IMG/VR virus record: IMGVR_UViG_3300008111_000002
Coordinates: 124,001-188,000 of that record
Strand: one strand, 5' to 3'
Length of the DNA stretch: 64,000 nt
Of the stretch, positions 58,678 through 64,000 are shown piece by piece (the stretch's first letter is position 1; the number at the start of each line of letters is the position of its first letter). The notes beneath the pieces are model-generated. The model did no database searches, was not told the origin of the DNA, and saw only the letters and a list, made by a program, of their open reading frames with translations. The position numbers were made by a program, and so were the translations under genes.

Positions 58678-60102
58678 ATGATTGACAATTACAGTCCCGA
58701 AACACAAAAAATATTCTTAGAAATGATGATGGCTGATGCTGAATCTTATTTCAGATGTCAAAGCATCTTTGATCACAGTCTATTTGATCGACGTTATCAA
58801 GAATCTGCCGAATTTATTAAAGTATACGTTGATCAATATCGAGCAATGCCAGAATATAACATGGTCAATGCTGCCTGTAACACAGATTTTAAAAAGCCAG
58901 ACAGCGTTAAAGAAGGCCATGTAGATTGGCTATTGGATAGTTTTGAAAAATTTGTAAGACACAAAAGTATTGAACGTGCAATCATTAATTCTGCAGATCT
59001 ATTAGACAAAGGCGATTATGGATCTGTTGAAACTATGATTAAAGAAGCAGTACAGATTGGTCTTGCTAAAGATATGGGCACTGACTACTTTGCAGATCCT
59101 AAATCACGATTAATGGGATTAAAAGATAAAAACGGACAAATATCTACTGGCTGGAAAAATCTTGATAATAGATTGTTTGGCGGTATGAATCGTGGCGAGC
59201 TTAATATTTTTGCTGGTGGTAGTGGTGCAGGTAAATCATTATTTCTTGCAAACCTTGGTCTTAATTGGGCAATGGCTGGATTAAATGTTGTCTATGTAAC
59301 ATTAGAACTTAGTGAAGCATTAGTTAGTATGCGTATTGACAGTATGCTAACAGGAATTCCAACAAAAGAAATTTTTAAAGATATTGAAAACGTTGAAACC
59401 AAAGTTAAACTGATTGGAAAGAAGGCAGGTGCATATCAGATCAAATATGTACCAAGTGGTAAAAATGTTAACGATCTAAGAGCGTATATTAAAGAATTTG
59501 AAATTAAAACAGAACGTAAGGTTGATGTTATCTTAGTTGACTACTTAGACTTACTAATGCCAATCAGCAGAAAGATTAGTCCTGCAGATTTGTTCATCAA
59601 AGACAAATATGTTTCTGAAGAACTGCGTAACTTTGCAGTTGAACGTAAAGCTATTCTAGTCACAGCCGCACAGTTGAATCGAGGTGCTGTAGAAGAAGTA
59701 GAATATGATCACAGTCATATCTCAGGAGGACTTAGTAAGATTCAAACTGCAGATAATGTGTTTGGTATTTTTACATCACGTGCTATGAGAGAGCGAGGAC
59801 GTTATCAATTACAATTAATGAAAACTAGATCATCAAGCGGTGTAGGAATGAAAGTAGATCTAGAATTTAATTTAGAAAGTCTAAGGATCAGCGATCTACC
59901 CGAAGATGAACAAGAATCCAGTGGAGGTATGCGTCCTACTTCTGGAATATTAGATGACATAAAACGCAAAGCCACAGTAAAGGCCCATCAAGAGGACTCT
60001 GAACCAAATCCATTCCAAGGTGCTGCTGTACCTAAAGTAAGAGCCAATGTTGAGAGCACGAAACTGCGGGATCTGCTGAACAATATTGGTAATGAAGAAT
60101 AG
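58678..60102 (+). CDS. gp41: replicative DNA helicase (T4 gp41/DnaB-like)
   Basis: ISTGW..LD..L.GG, Walker A GGSGAGKS, YVTLEL, VDYLDL, TAAQLNR and MKTR. Confidence 0.93.
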   Translation: MIDNYSPETQKIFLEMMMADAESYFRCQSIFDHSLFDRRYQESAEFIKVYVDQYRAMPEYNMVNAACNTDFKKPDSVKEGHVDWLLDSFEKFVRHKSIERAIINSADLLDKGDYGSVETMIKEAVQIGLAKDMGTDYFADPKSRLMGLKDKNGQISTGWKNLDNRLFGGMNRGELNIFAGGSGAGKSLFLANLGLNWAMAGLNVVYVTLELSEALVSMRIDSMLTGIPTKEIFKDIENVETKVKLIGKKAGAYQIKYVPSGKNVNDLRAYIKEFEIKTERKVDVILVDYLDLLMPISRKISPADLFIKDKYVSEELRNFAVERKAILVTAAQLNRGAVEEVEYDHSHISGGLSKIQTADNVFGIFTSRAMRERGRYQLQLMKTRSSSGVGMKVDLEFNLESLRISDLPEDEQESSGGMRPTSGILDDIKRKATVKAHQEDSEPNPFQGAAVPKVRANVESTKLRDLLNNIGNEE

Positions 60103-60331
60103 AAGAGTAAAACTTTGTGATTGGACCCAAAGTCGTAGTATCGATACTGTTGATTTAAATTGGGTTAGAATAAGACAACTAATAGGATCGCCTAAAGTAG
60201 ATTGGTTGTTAGATCAACCGCAAACTAAATGTCAATTAGTAGTTGATAAACTCAACGAAAATATATCCTTAGTAGCTGAATTTTACGATGATGCTACATT
60301 AGTGCTTTACCATTTAACTTGGGCTAAATAA
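60092..60331 (+). CDS. hypothetical protein
   Basis: 79 aa from the ATG at 60092. Confidence 0.5.
   Translation: MKNRRVKLCDWTQSRSIDTVDLNWVRIRQLIGSPKVDWLLDQPQTKCQLVVDKLNENISLVAEFYDDATLVLYHLTWAK
60325..60330 (+). promoter_or_regulatory. late promoter core (TAAATA)
   Basis: 4 nt before the ATG at 60335. Confidence 0.55.
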
Positions 60332-60334
60332 TGG

Positions 60335-60679
60335 ATGCGAGCAAAAGAGTTTATTTTTGAAAGAGAATTTTCTAAAAGAAAAAGTGCTACTCTAAGTACT
60401 ACTTACGAGTATCCTTCTATGCCCAGTGCCGATGCCTATAGAATTTATAGATTTGGTATGGCTATGGCAAATCATACTATGGCCAATAAAGAAGGACCTA
60501 CTGGTAATCATGCTGTTATTGTTGCTTATACCGATGGTGACGATGAGATTATCAAAGGTGCTGAAAAAACTACCGGACATAAAGGAAATCTAGCTGCGGA
60601 TCGTGGAAGTCACGAACCAACAGATACCAACAACGTAAGTCCGGTATCTAAACTAAAACGTAACAAATACGGAGTTTAA
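60335..60679 (+). CDS. hypothetical protein, probable internal head protein
   Basis: N-terminal MRAKEFIFE resembles a capsid-targeting peptide; late promoter. Confidence 0.6.
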   Translation: MRAKEFIFEREFSKRKSATLSTTYEYPSMPSADAYRIYRFGMAMANHTMANKEGPTGNHAVIVAYTDGDDEIIKGAEKTTGHKGNLAADRGSHEPTDTNNVSPVSKLKRNKYGV

Positions 60680-60680
60680 T

Positions 60681-61394
60681 ATGTGGTTACGTGAGTTTGA
60701 TTCTTCTAATAAAATTGTTACTGTTAACAAACGATTAAATCCTAAAATTTGGAATGATAGTGAACTTAATTCTGAAGTAACTAAAAAGCTATTAGAAATT
60801 GCTCGTGCATTTGAAGAATTTATTGGTATTGATCTTGATGTAATTGATTATACTATTACAGGATCTAATGCCAATTATACTTGGACTGAATACAGTGATT
60901 TGGACCTACATCTTATCATTCCGGGTACGCCCTCGGAAGAACAACGTGAACTTTTCAATGCTAAGAAAGCTCTTTGGGGCGAGCAACACAACATCACAAT
61001 AAAAGGGTTACCTGTAGAATGCTACGTACAGGGCCAAGACGAACCTCATCACAGCACAGGCGTGTATAGCATTGCTCAAAATCAATGGTTGGTTGAGCCA
61101 AAGAAAGTCAAACCAAAAGTAGATGATGCTGCTGTTGAGGCCAAAAAAGATGCAGTCATGCATGATATCGAAACAGCTATGTTAAGCAAAGATCTCAACA
61201 AGCTACGTATAGTTAAAGAGAAAATTACCAAGATGCGTAAAGCAGGACTTGAACGTGCTGGCGAATGGTCAGTGGAAAACTTGGTATTTAAAATTCTACG
61301 TAATCTAGGCCTTATTGATCAAATCACAGAAAAGATTCGTGAACTAGAAGATCAAGAACTCAGCCTGGAACAACAAACAAATATTCTAAACTAA
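60681..61394 (+). CDS. Pol-beta superfamily nucleotidyltransferase
   Basis: hGS motif ITGSNANY, SDLDLH (DxD), third acid in VECY and a helical C-terminal domain. Confidence 0.78.
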   Translation: MWLREFDSSNKIVTVNKRLNPKIWNDSELNSEVTKKLLEIARAFEEFIGIDLDVIDYTITGSNANYTWTEYSDLDLHLIIPGTPSEEQRELFNAKKALWGEQHNITIKGLPVECYVQGQDEPHHSTGVYSIAQNQWLVEPKKVKPKVDDAAVEAKKDAVMHDIETAMLSKDLNKLRIVKEKITKMRKAGLERAGEWSVENLVFKILRNLGLIDQITEKIRELEDQELSLEQQTNILN

Positions 61395-61397
61395 ATA
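61392..61397 (+). promoter_or_regulatory. late promoter core (TAAATA)
   Basis: Overlaps the upstream TAA; 55 nt before the ATG at 61453. Confidence 0.4.
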
Positions 61398-61452
61398 TTT
61401 CTGCGTGTGAGGCGATCTGAGCTAGGCCTAAATCAACTTTAAGGAGATTTAG

Positions 61453-62316
61453 ATGGCCAGAGGCAAAAAGCAAGAACAGGCAGCAACCCCTGAAAAGTCC
61501 GAAATGGACATGATTAAAGAGTTGCAGGATGAACTACGCTTTCTAAGAGAACAGCGTACAGCCAAATCTGCTGATCCAGAGCAGGTGGCTAAACAACAAG
61601 ATCTTATTGCTAAGAATACTCGTAGAGCCTGGGACTCAGAAGCTCTAGTGCAGTTCAATGTGGCTCAAGTTCAAGTAGCTCGTAGTATTGTTGAAGAAAA
61701 CGTTACAGATGCCATGCAAAGTTACACTATTAATGCAGGCGGTAATCGTGAACTGATCATGCGTACTACAGACGATGTTTATCGCAATCGTATGATGATG
61801 TTGACACAATTACAACCTGCAACACCTATGCAGGCGTTATTCCAAGATTCAATGATTACCAAAACTAAGCTAGAATATCTGCATCATCGTAATCATGTTA
61901 ATCAAGAAATGGTTACTATTATTCAAGAAATGGCCGCAGCTATTCGTGCAATTGGGGATGTGTCAGAGCGGTTCTATGCTATCAATGAATATATGGTTGA
62001 GCACTGTGACGAAGTCAGCGATGAAAATGCATTATGGTTTGATGGTGAATTACAGAACATGATGCAGTCAGCCACACAAGATGGTAACAGTCAGCGTGTA
62101 GAATTATCAGAAACAGAAACTGATATCCTTCTAAAAGCAGCAGAACTAAACCGTTTAGAAATTCGTGCTCTAGCAGGATTGGCTGATAGTTTAGGTGAAC
62201 ACCTACAAGAATGTCAGGATCACGGTAATGAACTACGTGATGAAGTTATTAACTTGCGTGAAAAAGTTGACGGTACACAAAAACGTATCGCTAATCGTAT
62301 TGCACCTTCAAAATGA
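61453..62316 (+). CDS. long coiled-coil hypothetical protein
   Basis: 287 aa, E/Q/M/A-rich heptads, AAGGAG RBS. Confidence 0.7.
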   Translation: MARGKKQEQAATPEKSEMDMIKELQDELRFLREQRTAKSADPEQVAKQQDLIAKNTRRAWDSEALVQFNVAQVQVARSIVEENVTDAMQSYTINAGGNRELIMRTTDDVYRNRMMMLTQLQPATPMQALFQDSMITKTKLEYLHHRNHVNQEMVTIIQEMAAAIRAIGDVSERFYAINEYMVEHCDEVSDENALWFDGELQNMMQSATQDGNSQRVELSETETDILLKAAELNRLEIRALAGLADSLGEHLQECQDHGNELRDEVINLREKVDGTQKRIANRIAPSK

Positions 62317-62513
62317 TATTTCCAGACAAGCCTAGGCCTCCGTGGCAGTACGCCAAACCTAAGTCGACTACGGGCAAGGTCCCAGTGATCCTGCCTGTAG
62401 AAAAACCTAAAAAAGAACCTAAGCCTGCGGGGTATTATCGTGAACGTATTGAATTTGCTGCAATTGTTATTGGCATGTATTTTTGGATACAATATTGGAT
62501 TCAGTATCAATAG
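62313..62513 (+). CDS. small Pro/Lys-rich protein with C-terminal hydrophobic helix
   Basis: ATGA coupling; IEFAAIVIGMYFWIQYW. Confidence 0.55.
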   Translation: MIFPDKPRPPWQYAKPKSTTGKVPVILPVEKPKKEPKPAGYYRERIEFAAIVIGMYFWIQYWIQYQ

Positions 62514-62737
62514 TATTTGATCGTTTGACACCTGACTTGGTGTTGCCTTTTAGACGTTGGAGTCGTATTAGACGTATAAGAAATGCACTAAGAGGAATTC
62601 AAAGGTGTCATCCGGCGATCAAATTTAAAACTATACGCAAGGATAATATTATTACTGTAGAATTTGAAACTGGGTCGATGTTGACCCAGTTTGCACTTTT
62701 GTGGCGAGCTGATTTGCCCGCTTGGCGTAGACTTTAG
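62483..62737 (+). CDS. hypothetical basic protein (start uncertain)
   Basis: Fills the gap up to the convergent BI-1 gene; TTG start. Confidence 0.4.
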   Translation: MDTILDSVSIVFDRLTPDLVLPFRRWSRIRRIRNALRGIQRCHPAIKFKTIRKDNIITVEFETGSMLTQFALLWRADLPAWRRL

Positions 62738-63420
62738 TCGTTACGTTGACCAAATAGCTGTAGAAGGCTAAGAAAGATATTGATAAAGTTCAAGTACAGA
62801 CTTAGTGCGCCCCATACTTCCATCTTACCGTCATTTTCATAGCTGATCATCTGGCGAATGTTCTGTGTGTCGTAGGCAGTTAGTCCTAGAAAGATCACAA
62901 TGGCAATTGCCGAAATCACCATCTGCATTACCGAGCTGCCAATAAAAATGTTAATAATGCTGGCAATGACAATGGCAATCAAACCCACAAACATAAACTG
63001 ACCCATACTGGTCAAATCACGTTTGGTAAAATAACCATAACCACTCATAACACCAAACAACACTGCTGCGGCCATGAATGCTGACACAATTGACCCCATG
63101 TTATAGACCACAAAGATCGTGGCAAAACTCAGACCCATGATGGCAGCAAAACCATGTAGGAAAATCTGTAGGGTACTTTTGCTCATACGCTCGTAGGCAA
63201 AGCCTGCGGCCAAAATAGCTACCAGCGGAGCAAACATCACTAGCCATTTTAAGGGTGTGCCAAACAGCAGAGCCATCAATGCAGGACTGCCAGCTACCAG
63301 AGCACTGACAATCATACTGGTCAACACAGCCAATCCCATGTGACCATAGACTCGACCCATGGCTGAATTGATTTCTCTAGCGGAACGGTAGATTCCCGTA
63401 CCTAGTGTAGCGTCAAACAT
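62734..63420 (-). CDS. Bax inhibitor-1/YccA family membrane protein
   Basis: About 7 hydrophobic helices; RVY.HM.L, YGY.TKRDL, GLTAYDTQ.I and GALSLYLNFINIFLSLL; AGGAG RBS. Confidence 0.92.
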   Translation of the reverse strand: MFDATLGTGIYRSAREINSAMGRVYGHMGLAVLTSMIVSALVAGSPALMALLFGTPLKWLVMFAPLVAILAAGFAYERMSKSTLQIFLHGFAAIMGLSFATIFVVYNMGSIVSAFMAAAVLFGVMSGYGYFTKRDLTSMGQFMFVGLIAIVIASIINIFIGSSVMQMVISAIAIVIFLGLTAYDTQNIRQMISYENDGKMEVWGALSLYLNFINIFLSLLQLFGQRND

Positions 63421-63450
63421 AAAAAGACTCCTTGAAGTTAATGTAAGTAT

Positions 63451-63479
63451 AGTTTAGCAGAAATATTTATAGTTGTCAA
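63451..63479 (-). promoter_or_regulatory. sigma70-type promoter with nested full T4 late consensus
   Basis: Minus strand TTGACA (63479-63474)-17 nt-TAAACT (63456-63451); TATAAATA at 63471-63464. Confidence 0.6.
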
Positions 63480-63511
63480 TTGCAGATCAGGCAATTTTCT
63501 TGTAAAATTAT

Positions 63512-63517
63512 TAAATA
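63512..63517 (+). promoter_or_regulatory. late promoter core (TAAATA)
   Basis: Upstream of the AAGGT RBS and the ATG at 63541. Confidence 0.45.
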
Positions 63518-63540
63518 CGCATATAACCAAAGGTAACATC

Positions 63541-63978
63541 ATGTTAAGCATCATTACACAAATCACAGAAGAAATACAGGAACTGATCAAGGACGATCCA
63601 GTTCGTCCGGAAATTCCTCTAGAGCAGCGCATCAATCAACAGAGTAAAATCTACGTGTTAAAAGACGACGGTACCGGTAAGGCCAGTGCTGTGGTATGTG
63701 TGAAATTTTTACCCAAAATCCCCGAATCAGTTGATGAACTGTTGAACACCATGAATGGCAGTTCTACCGCAGTGTTCTATACCATTTGGTCATATGCACA
63801 GGGTGCCGGACGAACATTGATAGAACAAGCTCAAGCAGAAATCAAACAGCACAATCCCGAAGTAACTACCTTTGTGACCCTAAGCCCCAAAACAGAAATG
63901 GCCCGCAAATTCCACCACAAAAACGGTGCCACTACCTACAGAGAAAATGCTGACTCAGTTAACTATCTTTACAAATAA
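63541..63978 (+). CDS. small GNAT-fold protein resembling the malonyl-CoA decarboxylase catalytic core
   Basis: TAVFYTIWS...GAGRTLI...E....PEVTTFVTLSP and ARKFHHKNGA motifs. Confidence 0.6.
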   Translation: MLSIITQITEEIQELIKDDPVRPEIPLEQRINQQSKIYVLKDDGTGKASAVVCVKFLPKIPESVDELLNTMNGSSTAVFYTIWSYAQGAGRTLIEQAQAEIKQHNPEVTTFVTLSPKTEMARKFHHKNGATTYRENADSVNYLYK

Positions 63979-64000
63979 CTAGACTGTGTTCGGGCCACTG

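Noticed and set aside
1-64000. Stop-codon reassignment as in some large phages
   Set aside because: Core genes are full length in the standard code, and TAA, TGA and TAG all occur as apparent true stops.
1-64000. tRNA or other structured RNA genes
   Set aside because: Intergenic gaps are mostly short and occupied by promoters and terminators. No cloverleaf was recognised by eye; a covariance-model scan would be needed to exclude small RNAs.

Overview
AT-rich, gene-dense 64 kb segment of a large T4-like (contractile-tailed) bacteriophage genome, read in the standard genetic code. 0.6-18.3 kb holds two tandem tail-fibre/receptor-binding modules. In each, a protein ending in AIALGG precedes a giant paralogous fibre-like protein of 2472 or 1918 aa. 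18.9-35.4 kb covers neck, tail and packaging genes (gp15, gp14, gp13, tail sheath, tail tube, gp4, small and large terminase), a dNMP kinase, an HNH protein and acidic putative internal head proteins. 35.5-38.5 kb encodes gp32, UvsX and UvsY. 38.5-49 kb is a 14-gene sugar-nucleotide/glycosyltransferase island behind late-type promoters. 49-60 kb is a replication region with UvsW, a gp62-like protein, a 192-aa miniature DnaE-like polymerase core, primase, a NodU/CmcH-type carbamoyltransferase and a gp41 helicase. 60-64 kb holds accessory genes: a nucleotidyltransferase, a coiled-coil protein, a BI-1/YccA membrane protein and a small GNAT resembling malonyl-CoA decarboxylase. The most notable observations are the apparently self-contained late glycosylation system, the minimal C-family polymerase, and promoter motifs placed so close to ATGs that many mRNAs should be leaderless. 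No tRNA, rRNA, CRISPR array, integrase or transposase was recognised. All family calls come from motif recognition by eye, not database searches.
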